Part shown: piece by piece, positions 37,324 to 49,000 of the stretch
How positions within the stretch are numbered: position 1 is the first letter of the stretch
Layout: every line of letters starts with the position of its first letter
From: Candidatus Latescibacterota bacterium
GTDB lineage: Bacteria > Latescibacterota > UBA2968 > GCA-2709665
Reading direction: 5' to 3'
DNA: 64,000 bases
Assembly (NCBI GenBank): GCA_965222075.1
Contig: OZ244937.1
Coordinates: 2,304,001-2,368,000 of the forward strand
Program-made: the position numbers and the translations under genes
The notes under the pieces: generated by a model
Seen by the model: the letters and a program-made list of their open reading frames with translations, nothing else
Database searches by the model: none
What the model was told of the DNA's origin: nothing

Positions 37324-39318
37324 ATGGCGGAAAAGCAAAGGAGCTGGGTTGTAGCAGGCGAAACGATGCCGCAGGAGCGTGGGGTAACGCTTCGGTCAAT
37401 CGCCTTTGGGCTCTGCCTTTCAGTCGCCGTCGGCCTGCTGGGCAACTGGGTCCGCTTCGTCCTGTCCGGGTCCTTCATGTCCTACAGCCACATGCCGATG
37501 GGCAACCTCATCCTCTTCCTGCTGTCCATCCTCATCTGCGCCCCTCTGGCCTGGGGGCTGGGCCGCCGGTTTGTCTTCTCTCCTACCGAGTGGGTCACCA
37601 TCTTCTGCATGGGCTTCATCGGTTCTCTCGGTCCCACCTATGGCAGCAGCGGCGACCTTGTCGGTTTTATGGTCGCCCCCCACTACTTTGCAACCCCCGA
37701 GAACGAGTGGGCTGCGTTTCTCCATCCCTACATGCCCGGCTGGCTGATCCCCAAAAACGAAGGCGACGCAATGGTCTGGTTCTACAAGGGGGTGCCACAG
37801 GGGGCCTCCATCCCCTGGGGCGTCTGGGCCGTCCCCCTCGTCTGGTGGTTCCTCTTTATTTGCGCCGTCGGATTCGCCTGCGTCTGCGTCTCCACCCTCT
37901 TCCACCGGCAGTGGTCCGAGAACGAGAAACTCGTCTACCCTGCCCTGGCCCCCATTGTGGACATGACGACCCGCGTGGGCTCGGGCAAATGGTTTTTCCC
38001 GGAATTTATGCGGGGAAAGGCGTTCTGGGCCGGATTCGGGCTCACCGCCTCCGTCCTCGGGTGGAACATGGTCTCCTGGTTCTACCCGCTCTTTCCCAGC
38101 ATCCCCTTAGGCCCCAAGACCTGGGTCGCTTTCTCGCGTCACGACCCCTCCATCTACATCTTCCTCAGCACGGTCGTCATCTCATTCTCCTATTTCGCTA
38201 CCCTGGAAATCCTCTTCAGCATCTGGTTCTTCGACCTCCTCTTTGTCATCGAAGGGGGTGTCCTGAACCGGCTGGGGCTCAACATCATTTACAAAAACCA
38301 CTACGGAGGCGGGCACTACGCCTGGCAGACGGCCGGCGCCTTCCTTTCCCTGGGCCTCTGGGGAGTCTGGATCGCCCGTCTGCACCTCCGCGGCGTCATC
38401 CAAAAAGCCCTGAATCCCCCAAAATTCGCCCCCGACGGCGGCAATGATCTGCTCTCCTATCGGGCGGCGTTCATCGGCCTGATCGTGAGCTGCCTCTACA
38501 TGGCCGTCTGGCTCGGGCGGGCGGGCCTGGAGGTCAAAGTCATCCTCCTGCTGATCCCGTCCATGCTCCTTGTTTACATCACCCTGGCCAAGTTCGTGGC
38601 CGACTCGGGCCTGATCTACCTCGACCTGCCGACCTCCACGCTGAGGCTCCCCCTGATGGTCCTGGGAGGCGCGAATGCCCTGCAGGCCTCCTCGCACGCG
38701 GTCCTGGGCATCTCATCCCGCATCGTCAGCCACCACAACGGATTCGCAATGCCCGTGATGGCCCACATCAACCGCCTCGGGGAACGTATTTCCAATAACA
38801 AGCGCCGGTTCTTCTGGAGCGTCTGCGCAGCATTCGTCACCGGCCTGGTCACCTCCACGCTCTTCCTCATCTGGCTCGCCTACACCAGAGGGGCCGACAG
38901 CTTCGGTCCCAACTTTCTGATCCAGTACGCAGAACGCGTGGCGCTTGAAAGGGTCGTGACCAACATCAAAGGCGCCAAACCGATCGCATTGACCGACTAC
39001 GGATTCTTCCTCATCGGAGCAGGCGCCATGGCCTGCTTAAACCTGATGCGCTACCGCTTCGTCTGGTGGCCGATTCATCCCATCGGCTTTGCGCTCTCCG
39101 GGAACTATCTGGCCCGGCAGACAAGCTTTACCATCTTCGTCGCATGGCTGCTCAAACTTCTCATGCTCAAACTCGCCGGCGCTGCCTTCTACCGGAAATC
39201 CAGACCCTTTTTCATCGGCCTGCTCATCGGCTACATCCTGGCCGTGGCCGCAGGCGTAATCGTGGACGCCATCTGGTTCCAGCCCCTGGGCCAACAGCAC
39301 CGTCTGGACCCCCTCTGA
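37324..39318 (+). CDS. DUF6785/DUF6784-like multi-pass membrane protein (putative OPT-related permease), copy 1
   Basis: RGVTLRSI, YFATPENEW, WAVPL..W, RQWSENEKLVYP, WWPIHPIGF and PFFIGL motifs; start reassigned to MAEKQ. Confidence 0.7.
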   Translation: MAEKQRSWVVAGETMPQERGVTLRSIAFGLCLSVAVGLLGNWVRFVLSGSFMSYSHMPMGNLILFLLSILICAPLAWGLGRRFVFSPTEWVTIFCMGFIGSLGPTYGSSGDLVGFMVAPHYFATPENEWAAFLHPYMPGWLIPKNEGDAMVWFYKGVPQGASIPWGVWAVPLVWWFLFICAVGFACVCVSTLFHRQWSENEKLVYPALAPIVDMTTRVGSGKWFFPEFMRGKAFWAGFGLTASVLGWNMVSWFYPLFPSIPLGPKTWVAFSRHDPSIYIFLSTVVISFSYFATLEILFSIWFFDLLFVIEGGVLNRLGLNIIYKNHYGGGHYAWQTAGAFLSLGLWGVWIARLHLRGVIQKALNPPKFAPDGGNDLLSYRAAFIGLIVSCLYMAVWLGRAGLEVKVILLLIPSMLLVYITLAKFVADSGLIYLDLPTSTLRLPLMVLGGANALQASSHAVLGISSRIVSHHNGFAMPVMAHINRLGERISNNKRRFFWSVCAAFVTGLVTSTLFLIWLAYTRGADSFGPNFLIQYAERVALERVVTNIKGAKPIALTDYGFFLIGAGAMACLNLMRYRFVWWPIHPIGFALSGNYLARQTSFTIFVAWLLKLLMLKLAGAAFYRKSRPFFIGLLIGYILAVAAGVIVDAIWFQPLGQQHRLDPL

Positions 39319-39435
39319 CCTCTGCCTGCCCGTCCCCATCAGGCTCTGGCAGCGTACATTGTTTTCCCTTGATGATTCGCCCTGGATAGGGTAGATTATG
39401 GTCTGTTGAAATCTCCCATCACAGACGGACACTCT

Positions 39436-42400
39436 ATGCGAACAACCTGGAAAAACATCCTGTCCATTACAAGTATTGTCGTCCTCTTTGTGCCCCTTGT
39501 CGTATTCTCTCCCGAGACCGTGACAAAACACCTGGTCAGATGGTTCAACCTTCACCCTCCGGAGGCACCTCCAGAGCACGCCCCCTCCGGCCAGAAGGCG
39601 CTGGCGGCGGCGGTCCGGGCGTCCATCCTGGAAGCCGACATCAAAGCCCACCTCACCCGTCTCACCTCATCAGGCTCCCGCGTCGTGGGATACCCCGGAC
39701 ACGAGGCGGCTTACCACTACATCAAAGACGCCTTCCAACAGATCGGCCTGGAGCAGGTCACCGTGGAAGCCTACGATGTCACCGCTCCCATCGACAAGGG
39801 ATGCAGCCTCAAGATCCTGGGCGATTCCCGTACCATCCCCCTCTATGCGGTCTGGCCAAACCTGGTGCGGACCTCTACGCTGCCGGGCAAGGGGCTTCAG
39901 GCTCCCCTGGTCGACGGGGGTTCCGGAGAGTTCTCGGACTTCAACGGGAAGGACCTCCAGGGCAGTGTGGTGTTGATGTCATTCAACTCCTGGAACCGCT
40001 GGATGAACGCGTCGATGCTGGGCGCCAAAGCGGTCATCTTCGTCGGGCCAGACTCTACGACCACCGCAGAGGCGGAGCAGAAGTTTTTCCAGGTGCCCCT
40101 CAACGTGCCCCGCTTCTGGATTGGCAGGCAGGAGGGCGAGGCGTTGCGTCGTCGTCTGAGTTTGGGGGAGCGGATCGAGGTGGAAGTGAAGGGTCGGATG
40201 GTGTGGGAGAAACACAAGGCGCACAACGTGTTTGGCCGAATAACGGGACGGCATCCCAGGTTGAAGGACGAGATTGTCCTCTTCGACGCCTACTACGACG
40301 CGATGTCTGTGGTTCCCGCGCTGGCGCCTGGTGCGGAGCAGGCCTCGGGTCTGGTCGCCCTGCTCGAACTCGCGGAATATTTGAAAGCCCATCCGCCTGC
40401 CCACACCGTCCTGTTCCTGGCCACGTCTGCGCACCACCTGGGGTTCCGGGGGGTGTGCGACTTTCTGGGTCGCCACGCGCGCAAGGAGGAGCACTTTGCT
40501 CCGCTGATGACCGATCCCATCGACATCCGGCTCTGGGTCTCCCTGGACCTCTCCTCGCACACCGACCAGATCGGCGTCCTGGGCTTCCAGTCCTTCCTCG
40601 CCCCGCTCGGCAGGCTGTTCTCCGAACTCGGCCGGCAACTCGCTCCCGCGCTCGACCTCAACGCCGACGGATCGCTGGTTGATGGCATCACGCCCCCTAC
40701 GGGCATGAGCTGGGACATGTTCATCCCCGGCGAAAACATTAAGACCGATGCCCAGGTCGTCCGAAGCGCGGGCATCCCTGCGCTCGCATTCGTAACCATC
40801 AACGACGGCCGGTTCCGGGTCGACACCCCCTTCGATAGGGTGGGTAGCGTCAACACCTCCAACCTGACAAAACAGATTCAACTCCTCACAGGGGTCTTCA
40901 ACAAGGTCCTCGACGACCCTCGTCTCCTCCTTGGCCAGCCCGCCAACCTGCGGGATGGGATGCGTGCTCTTAAGGGACGCATCCTTACCTTTCCCCGCCG
41001 CAGCCTGGTCCCCGACAAACCGCGCAGCGGGGCCATCGCCGCCCTCCGGATGACCACCGAGAAATCGGTGAAGGGAGTACGCGCCATCTTCTACGATCTC
41101 GCCGACGAAAAGGGAGAAATCTACATCCCCGGCCTGGCCGCGGACAAAGTGGCCTTAGAGGCCTACTACCTGGACCCGGAAACCGGCGAGATCACCTATG
41201 CCCCCAACCGGGGGCCCGCGGCCAGCATCTACAAGCTGGAATTCGGAATGGACAACTGGATCACCCGGGCTACCAGCGTCCTCTTCCCGTGCATAACCAC
41301 CGACTTCTACGAAACCGTCGATCCCCGTCACCTGTCCAGGCTCACCGAACTGAGCGTATACGGCGCAGGAAACACCGCGCCTCAGGAATATGGCTACACC
41401 CTCGGCTACGGCCCCAACGAGCCGGTCGGCGTGGTCTTCACCACACCCGGAGAACGGGTGAAATTAATCATGAGCGCCGGACCCATCGGCATCCGGTTCA
41501 TGCTCCTCAACTCGGACGGCCCCGGAAGCGAACAGGCCGCACGGGGCAGCGGGTTCACCACGCTCACGCACGGGGCCATCACCCACACGGCATTCCAGGC
41601 GGCGATAGACATGTGGACGCTGGACGAGGCGCGCATACGCGAACTGAGGGCCTACGGCATCCAGAACCAGCGCCTCAACGCCCTCCACAAGCAGGCCCGG
41701 AACCACCTCGAACGGGCAGAAGAGGCCCGGCGGAACCTGCGGTGGGACCGTTACACCAAGCACGCCCGGGCCGCGCTGGGCGTGGAGTCCCGGGCCTACC
41801 CGGACGTCAAATCGACCCAGAACGACGTCATCCGGGGCGTCGTCTTCACCATGGCGCTCGTCATCCCCTGCGCCTTTTTTGCCGAGCGGCTGCTGATCAC
41901 GGCCGCCGACATCCGATGGCAGGTCATCTGGTTCGCCCTCATCTTTTCGGCAACCTGGATCGTCCTCTCCATCGTCCACCCCGCCTTCAACCTCTCCAAC
42001 CCCATCGTTATTCTCCTGGCCTTCGTCATTCTATCTTTAGCCATCTTCGTCATCACCCTCGTCTTCTCCCGCTTCAACACCCACATGCGCCAGATCCGCA
42101 CCCGGGGAATGGGCATTCACCACGTGGACGTGGGACGCATCAGCGCCTCCATGGCCGCATTCCAGCTTGGCATCGCCAACATGAAGCGGCGAAAATTCCG
42201 AACCGTGCTCACCTTCTCCACTCTGGTCCTGCTGACCTTCACCGTCCTTTCGTTCACCTCCATCAAAACATCGCTCCGATTTCACCAGACCGCAAGCGAC
42301 CATCCGGGCCTGTATCCGGGCCTGCTCATCCGCAGCAAATTCTGGAGCCCGCTTGAAGAATCGGCCCTCGACTACGCCCGGGCGGACTTCGCCGGCGAGG

Positions 42401-43944
42401 CGGTCATCGCACCCCGGAGCTGGTATGCCTCAAAAAGCAAGAAGGCGATCCGGCTCAAGCACGGCCAGCAGTCGGCCAACGCCCTGGGCATCCTCGGCCT
42501 GACCCCGTCGGAGGCCGGAGTCACCCGCATCCAAACCTGCCTCAAGGCGGGGCGCTGGTTCCGGGGTGGAGAGCGGAACGTCTGCGTCGTACCCGAACCC
42601 ATGGCCAGACTGCTCGGCCTCACAGAAGCCGATGTCGGGCGGGCGCAAATCCGGCTCTTCGGAGAACACCTCACCGTCGTGGGCCTGGCCGACCCCGGCC
42701 GGTTAACCGCGCTGGTGGACCTTGACGGCGAACCCCTCACCCCGGCGGACTTCGTATTCACCGAACAAAGCGCGCTTGAGGAAATCGCACAGCAGGAAAA
42801 ACGTGAAAAATCCGGGCTGGAGGAGTCCAGCGTAGACGTGATGGAATTCGTCCACCTCGACCCGGGCAACGTCTTAATCGTCCCCTACCAGACCTTGCGG
42901 GAAGTCAACAGCCCCCTGCAGGCCGTCGCCGTGCGGTTTCACGACCCGAAAGTCGTCAAATCCCGTGTGGAGGACTTCCTCTCACGGCTCTCCGTGGTCC
43001 TCTTCGCCGGCATCCCCCGTCAGACCAGCGACGGACAGATCGAGCGCATCGACGTATCGGTCTACTCCTCCCTCGGGCACACCTCCCTGCGGGGAGTCGG
43101 CAACCTCGGTATCCCCATCGCCATTGCCGTACTCATCGTCCTCAACACCATGATGGGCTCGGTCTACGAACGGCTCCGGGAAATCGGCACCTACTCCTCC
43201 GTGGGGCTGGCCCCGGTCCACATCGCCTTCCTCTTCTTAGCCGAATCCTGTGTCTACGCCGTCCTGGGGGCGGTATCGGGCTACCTCCTGGGCCAGGGAA
43301 TCGCAAAAGCCCTGTTCTGGAAAGGCCACCTGCTGGGACTGACCCTCAATTATTCCTCCCTCTCCGCCATGGCCTCATCAGGGCTGGTTATGGCCGTCGT
43401 GATTCTGTCCACCCTCTATCCCGCCTGGCAGGCCTCCCGGATGGCCGTACCCGACATCACCCGGCGGTGGAACCTGCCGGACCCTGAGGGCGACCGGTGG
43501 CAGATCGCGTTCCCCTTCACCGTGGGAGGGCAGGAGGTCTTCGGGCTGTTCGCCTTCCTCACCCGGTACTTCGACTTCCACACCGAAGGATCGATGGGAA
43601 CATTCTACACCGAAGGCGCCCAACTTTCAACCCTATCGACCGATCGTGGAGAAAGCCACACCATCCAAACAACGATCTGGCTGGCCCCCTTCGACCTCGG
43701 CGTCAGCCAGACCGTACTGCTCAGGTCCAGGCCCACCGGCGATCATAACATCTACGCGCTCGACCTTACCATCGACCGCCTCTCGGGAGACGCCGCCTCT
43801 TGGAAGCGCTGCAACCAGCGGTTCATGAACCTGATCCGAAAACAGTTCCTCATCTGGCGAACGATCAGCCCGGAGGCGAAAGCGTACTACAGAGATGAAG
43901 GCCAGCGGCTCATTGAAAGCCCCTCGATTGTGGCTGTGTCGTAA
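39436..43944 (+). CDS. PA + M28-peptidase-like ectodomain fused to a MacB/FtsX-type permease, copy 1
   Basis: SRVVGYPG, PA-like insert, AYYD...PGAEQASG...LLELA, ANMKRRKFRTVLT and NTMMGSVYERLREIG...FLAES motifs. Confidence 0.8.
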   Translation: MRTTWKNILSITSIVVLFVPLVVFSPETVTKHLVRWFNLHPPEAPPEHAPSGQKALAAAVRASILEADIKAHLTRLTSSGSRVVGYPGHEAAYHYIKDAFQQIGLEQVTVEAYDVTAPIDKGCSLKILGDSRTIPLYAVWPNLVRTSTLPGKGLQAPLVDGGSGEFSDFNGKDLQGSVVLMSFNSWNRWMNASMLGAKAVIFVGPDSTTTAEAEQKFFQVPLNVPRFWIGRQEGEALRRRLSLGERIEVEVKGRMVWEKHKAHNVFGRITGRHPRLKDEIVLFDAYYDAMSVVPALAPGAEQASGLVALLELAEYLKAHPPAHTVLFLATSAHHLGFRGVCDFLGRHARKEEHFAPLMTDPIDIRLWVSLDLSSHTDQIGVLGFQSFLAPLGRLFSELGRQLAPALDLNADGSLVDGITPPTGMSWDMFIPGENIKTDAQVVRSAGIPALAFVTINDGRFRVDTPFDRVGSVNTSNLTKQIQLLTGVFNKVLDDPRLLLGQPANLRDGMRALKGRILTFPRRSLVPDKPRSGAIAALRMTTEKSVKGVRAIFYDLADEKGEIYIPGLAADKVALEAYYLDPETGEITYAPNRGPAASIYKLEFGMDNWITRATSVLFPCITTDFYETVDPRHLSRLTELSVYGAGNTAPQEYGYTLGYGPNEPVGVVFTTPGERVKLIMSAGPIGIRFMLLNSDGPGSEQAARGSGFTTLTHGAITHTAFQAAIDMWTLDEARIRELRAYGIQNQRLNALHKQARNHLERAEEARRNLRWDRYTKHARAALGVESRAYPDVKSTQNDVIRGVVFTMALVIPCAFFAERLLITAADIRWQVIWFALIFSATWIVLSIVHPAFNLSNPIVILLAFVILSLAIFVITLVFSRFNTHMRQIRTRGMGIHHVDVGRISASMAAFQLGIANMKRRKFRTVLTFSTLVLLTFTVLSFTSIKTSLRFHQTASDHPGLYPGLLIRSKFWSPLEESALDYARADFAGEAVIAPRSWYASKSKKAIRLKHGQQSANALGILGLTPSEAGVTRIQTCLKAGRWFRGGERNVCVVPEPMARLLGLTEADVGRAQIRLFGEHLTVVGLADPGRLTALVDLDGEPLTPADFVFTEQSALEEIAQQEKREKSGLEESSVDVMEFVHLDPGNVLIVPYQTLREVNSPLQAVAVRFHDPKVVKSRVEDFLSRLSVVLFAGIPRQTSDGQIERIDVSVYSSLGHTSLRGVGNLGIPIAIAVLIVLNTMMGSVYERLREIGTYSSVGLAPVHIAFLFLAESCVYAVLGAVSGYLLGQGIAKALFWKGHLLGLTLNYSSLSAMASSGLVMAVVILSTLYPAWQASRMAVPDITRRWNLPDPEGDRWQIAFPFTVGGQEVFGLFAFLTRYFDFHTEGSMGTFYTEGAQLSTLSTDRGESHTIQTTIWLAPFDLGVSQTVLLRSRPTGDHNIYALDLTIDRLSGDAASWKRCNQRFMNLIRKQFLIWRTISPEAKAYYRDEGQRLIESPSIVAVS

Positions 43945-43977
43945 AGAGAACGCGTTTTCATTCAAAGGAACAAACGC

Positions 43978-45984
43978 ATGGCGGAAACGCAGGCAAACCG
44001 CGTTAAAACACCAGCCGGGCCAGGCGGGGAAACAGCGCCCCAGGAGCGCGGTGTAACCCTCCGCGCAATCCTCTTCGGGCTCTGCATTGCCACCCTCATA
44101 GGCCCGATGGGCGACGCGGTCCGCTACATCCTGCACGCCTCCTTTATGGCCTACAGCCACATGCCCATGGGCAACCTTATCCTTTACCTGCTGTCCACCC
44201 TCATGCTCGCCCCTCTGGCCTGGTGGTTCGGCAAACGGTTCGCCTTCTCTCCATCGGAGTGGATCACCATCTTCTGCATGGGCTTCATCGCCTCCATGGG
44301 CCCCACCTACGGCATCAGCGGCTACCTCGTGGGCCTGATGGTGGGCCCCTACTACTTTGCAACCCCGGAGAACGAGTGGAGCAAATACCTCCAGCCCTAC
44401 ATGCCCCACTGGCTGATCCCCACCAACGACGGCAGCGTCATGACCTGGTTCTACGAGGGGCTCCCCCAGGGGGTGCCCATCCCCTGGAACATCTGGGCCG
44501 TGCCCCTTTTCTGGTGGTTCACCTTCATCTGCGCCGTAGGATTCGTCTGCGCCTGCGCCGCCATTCTCCTCCGCCGCCAGTGGTCCGAAAACGAAAGGCT
44601 CGTCTATCCGGCCATGGAGCCCATTATCGAGATGACGACCCGTGTGGGCAGGGGGACACGGTTCTTCCCGGAATACATGCAGGGCAAAGCCTTCTGGATC
44701 GGGTTCGCGCTTACCACCTTCGTCTTCGGGTGGAACATGATCTCCTGGGCCTACCCCCAGTTTCCCCGTTTCCCCACCGCATACGCCAGATGGACCTTTT
44801 TCTCGCGGGACTATCCTCCCGCCCTCTTTTTTTTGAGCACGGTCGTCATCTGCTTCTCCTATTTTGCCAGCTTAGAGATCCTCTTCAGCATCTGGTTCTT
44901 CGACCTCCTCTTCATCGTCGAAGGGGGCATCCTGAACCGGCTGGGGGTCAGGGCCATCTCGCCTTATTACGGCACCGGACGCTACTACTGGCAGACATCG
45001 GGCGCCTTCTTCAGCCTCGCCCTTTGGGGCGTGTGGGTCGCCCGTCTGCATTTTGCCGACGTCTTCCGAAAAGCCCTGCACCCCGAAAAATCCACCCTGG
45101 ACGACAGCAAGGAGCTGCTCTCCTACCGGGGGGCGCTCATCGGCCTGATCGTCGGTTGTCTCTACATCGCCGTCTGGCTGAACCGCGTGGGCATGGAACT
45201 CAAAATGATCGCCCTGCTCATCCCGTCCATGCTCCTCGTCTACACCACCGTGGCGAAAATCCTGGCCGATTCGGGGCTGATCTACGTCAACTCGCCGCTT
45301 TCTGGCTGGGGCCTGGCCGTGAGGCTGCTGGGTGGATCGCATACCCTGACGATTCTCACCAGGGCCACCCTGGGTCTTTCGTCCAGAGTCATCAACCACT
45401 ACCGGGGGTTCGCCATGGGCTCACTCGCCCACATCAACCGCCTTGCAGAATTCGTTCCCAGGGACAAGCGCCGGCTCTTCTGGGGCGTCTGTGCGGCCTT
45501 CGTCATCGGCATGGTCACTTCCACACTCTTTACCATCTGGCTGGGATACACCATAGGCGGCTACAACATCCGGCCCAACTGGTTGATCATCCGCTCGGCC
45601 ATGGGGCAGATCGGGGGAATCGCGAACGCCGCCAAGACCCCCTCCTCGCCGATCGAAATCACCAACTACTGGTTTTTCCTCATCGGAGCAGGCGCCATGG
45701 CCTGCTTAAACCTGATGCGCTACCGTTTCGTCTGGTGGCCGATTCATCCCATCGGCTTTGCGCTCTCCGGCACGGCCCTGTCCCGGCTGACAAGCGTCAC
45801 CATCTTCGTGGCGTGGCTGGTCAAACTGGTCATGCTCAAACTCGTCGGCGCTGCCTTCTACCGGAAGTCCAGGGCGTTTTTCATCGGCATGCTCATCGGC
45901 TACATCCTTCAGGTGACCCTCGGATTGGTTGTAGATACCATCTGGTTCCAGCCCCAGGGACACCGGGTGCATAAGTGGTATTGA
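43978..45984 (+). CDS. DUF6785/DUF6784-like multi-pass membrane protein, copy 2
   Basis: Collinear paralog of 37324-39318 with the same motifs. Confidence 0.7.
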   Translation: MAETQANRVKTPAGPGGETAPQERGVTLRAILFGLCIATLIGPMGDAVRYILHASFMAYSHMPMGNLILYLLSTLMLAPLAWWFGKRFAFSPSEWITIFCMGFIASMGPTYGISGYLVGLMVGPYYFATPENEWSKYLQPYMPHWLIPTNDGSVMTWFYEGLPQGVPIPWNIWAVPLFWWFTFICAVGFVCACAAILLRRQWSENERLVYPAMEPIIEMTTRVGRGTRFFPEYMQGKAFWIGFALTTFVFGWNMISWAYPQFPRFPTAYARWTFFSRDYPPALFFLSTVVICFSYFASLEILFSIWFFDLLFIVEGGILNRLGVRAISPYYGTGRYYWQTSGAFFSLALWGVWVARLHFADVFRKALHPEKSTLDDSKELLSYRGALIGLIVGCLYIAVWLNRVGMELKMIALLIPSMLLVYTTVAKILADSGLIYVNSPLSGWGLAVRLLGGSHTLTILTRATLGLSSRVINHYRGFAMGSLAHINRLAEFVPRDKRRLFWGVCAAFVIGMVTSTLFTIWLGYTIGGYNIRPNWLIIRSAMGQIGGIANAAKTPSSPIEITNYWFFLIGAGAMACLNLMRYRFVWWPIHPIGFALSGTALSRLTSVTIFVAWLVKLVMLKLVGAAFYRKSRAFFIGMLIGYILQVTLGLVVDTIWFQPQGHRVHKWY

Positions 45985-46021
45985 GACCTGCAGGGGCGAA
46001 AATCGACATGGAGCAATCACA

Positions 46022-49000
46022 ATGCGACTAACGTGGAAAAACATCACCCTGGCCCTCTTTATCGCCGTCCTCTTTGTGCCCCTCGTCGTATTTTCCCCCG
46101 AGACCGTGACCGACCACCTGGTCGCGTTCTTCAACATCCGGTACCCGGAACCTCCGCCCCAGAAATTCGCCTCCGGCCAGAAGGCGCTGGCGGCGGCGGT
46201 CCGGGCGTCCATCTCGGAAGCCGACGTTAAAGCCCACCTCACCCGTCTCACCTCATCAGGCTCCCGCGTCGTGGGATACCCCGGACACGAGGCGGCTTAC
46301 CACTACATCAAAGACGCCTTCCAACAGATCGGCCTGGAGCAGGTCACCGTGGAAGCCTACGATGTCACCGCTCCCATCGACAAGGGATGCAGCCTCAAGA
46401 TCCTGGGCGATTCCCGTACCATCCCCCTCTATGCGGTCTGGCCAAACCTGGTGCGGACCTCTACGCTGCCGGGCAAGGGGCTTCAGGCTCCCCTGGTCGA
46501 CGGGGGTTCCGGAGAGTTCTCGGACTTCAACGGGAAGGACCTCCAGGGCAGTGTGGTGTTGATGTCATTCAACTCCTGGAACCGCTGGATGAACGCGTCG
46601 ATGCTGGGCGCCAAAGCGGTCATCTTCGTCGGGCCAGACTCTACGACCACCGCAGAGGCGGAGCAGAAGTTTTTCCAGGTGCCCCTCAACGTGCCCCGCT
46701 TCTGGATTGGCAGGCAGGAGGGCGAGGCGTTGCGTCGTCGTCTGAGTTTGGGGGAGCGGATCGAGGTGGAAGTGAAGGGTCGGATGGTGTGGGAGAAACA
46801 CAAGGCGCACAACGTGTTTGGTCGAATAACGGGACGGCATCCCAGGTTGAAGGACGAGATTGTCCTCTTCGACGCCTACTATGACGCGATGTCTGTGGTT
46901 CCCGCGCTGGCGCCTGGTGCGGAGCAGGCCTCGGGTCTGGTCGCCCTGCTCGAACTCGCGGAATATTTGAAAGCCCATCCGCCTGCCCACACCGTCCTGT
47001 TCCTGGCCACGTCTGCGCACCACATGGGGTTCCGGGGGGTGTGCGACTTTCTGGGTCGCCACGCGCGCAAGGAGGAGCACTTTGCTCCGCTGATGACCGA
47101 TCCCATCGACATCCGGCTCTGGGTCTCCCTGGACCTCTCCTCGCACACCGACCAGATCGGCGTCTGGAATGGGTCTTCATCCTTCTACTACCAGCGCTTC
47201 TTTACCCCGCTGGGAAAGATGTTTTCCCAACTCGGGGCGGAACTCGCCCCCGCCTTTGGCCTCAACGCCGCCAGGTCCCTGGTAGACGGCATCAATCCCC
47301 CTTCCGGCATGAGCTGGCGTATGTTTATTCCCGGAGGGAGGATCAAGACCGACTCGGAAGTGGTCCTCACGGCCGGCATGCCCACCCTCGCATTCGTAAC
47401 CATCAACGATGCCCGCTTCAGGGTCGATACCCCTTTCGATACGGTGGAAGGGGTCAACATCCCCAACCTGACAAATCAGACCCAGCTCCTCACAGGAGTT
47501 TTTAGCAAGGCCCTGGACGATCCGTACTTCCTCCCCGACTACAAGGTCGCCATGAAAGACCGCATGCGCGCCCTGAAAGGCCGCATCCTCACCTTCCCCC
47601 GCCGCAGCATCACGCCCGACAGGCCCCGTAAAGGGGCCATCGTTGCCCTCCGGATGTCCCACCAGAAATCGGTGAAGGGCGTGCGCACCTTTTTCTACGA
47701 TGTGGCCGACGAAAACGGCGAGTTCTTCATCCCCGGGCTGGCGGTTCGGTGGGTCGGACTGAGCGCCTACTACCTCGACCCGGAAACCGGAGACATCACC
47801 TATGCCCCCGACCGGGGGCAGGCATCCAGGATCTACAAGCCGGAATTCGGCATGGACTGGTGGATCACCCGGGCAACGCGCATCCTCTTTCCCTGCATCT
47901 CCACCGATTTCTACGACACGGTAGACCCCCGCTACCTCACCAAGCTCTCAAGCCTGAGCGTCTACGGCGACGGAAACGTGGCCCCTCAGGAATACGGCTA
48001 TACCATCGGCTACGGCCGCAACGAACCGGTGGGCGTGGTCTTTACCCGCCCCAACGAAAAGGTCAAATTGGTGATGAGATCGGGGCAAGTCGGCATCCGT
48101 TACCTCCTGATCAACGCCACCGACGCGAGCAGCGAAGAGATTGCGCGCGGCGACGGATTCACCACCATCACCCACGGCGCCATCACCCATACCGCCTTCC
48201 AGGCCGCCAGCGACATGTGGATCCTCAACGAGGCCCGGATGCGCGAACTGAGGGCCTACGGCATCGAAAACTTCCGCCTGAACACCCTCCACGAGCAGGC
48301 CGCAAAGCACCTCGACAGGGCGAGAAGTGGGCGCAAAGACCTGCGGTGGGACGACTTTGTCAAGCATTCCCGGGCAGCGCTCGGTCTTGAATCCCGGGCC
48401 TATCCGGACGTCAAATCCACCCAGAACGACGTCATCCGGGGCGTCGTCTTCTTTATGGCCCTCGTCATCCCCTGCGCCTTCTTCGCCGAACGCCTCATCT
48501 TCACCGCATCCGACATCCGCTGGATGCTCACTGGATTTACCGGAATCTTTGTCGTCATCTGGATCTTCCTGTCCCTGGTCCATCCGGCCTTTGACCTCTC
48601 CAACCCCTTTGTCATCCTCCTCGCCTTCATCCTCCTGGCGCTGGCGTGCTTTGTCATCTCCATCGTCTTCTCCCGCTTCAACGCCAACATGCGTAACCTG
48701 CGCACTGAGGCAGCGGTGATTCACGATGTAGACGTTGGCCGGGTGAGCGCCTCCGTGGCCGCATTCCAGCTGGGCATTGCCAACATGAAACGGAGAAAAC
48801 TCCGAACCGTGCTCACCTTCTCCACCCTGGTCCTGCTGACCTTCACCGTCCTTTCGTTCACCTCCATCAAATCCCTGCTCCGATTCCACCAGATCGCCCG
48901 GGACAACCAGGGGACCTACCCCGGCATGCTCATCCGCAGCAAATACTGGGCGGCGCTTGAAGAATCGGTCCTCGACTATGCCCAGGCCACCTTTGAAGGC

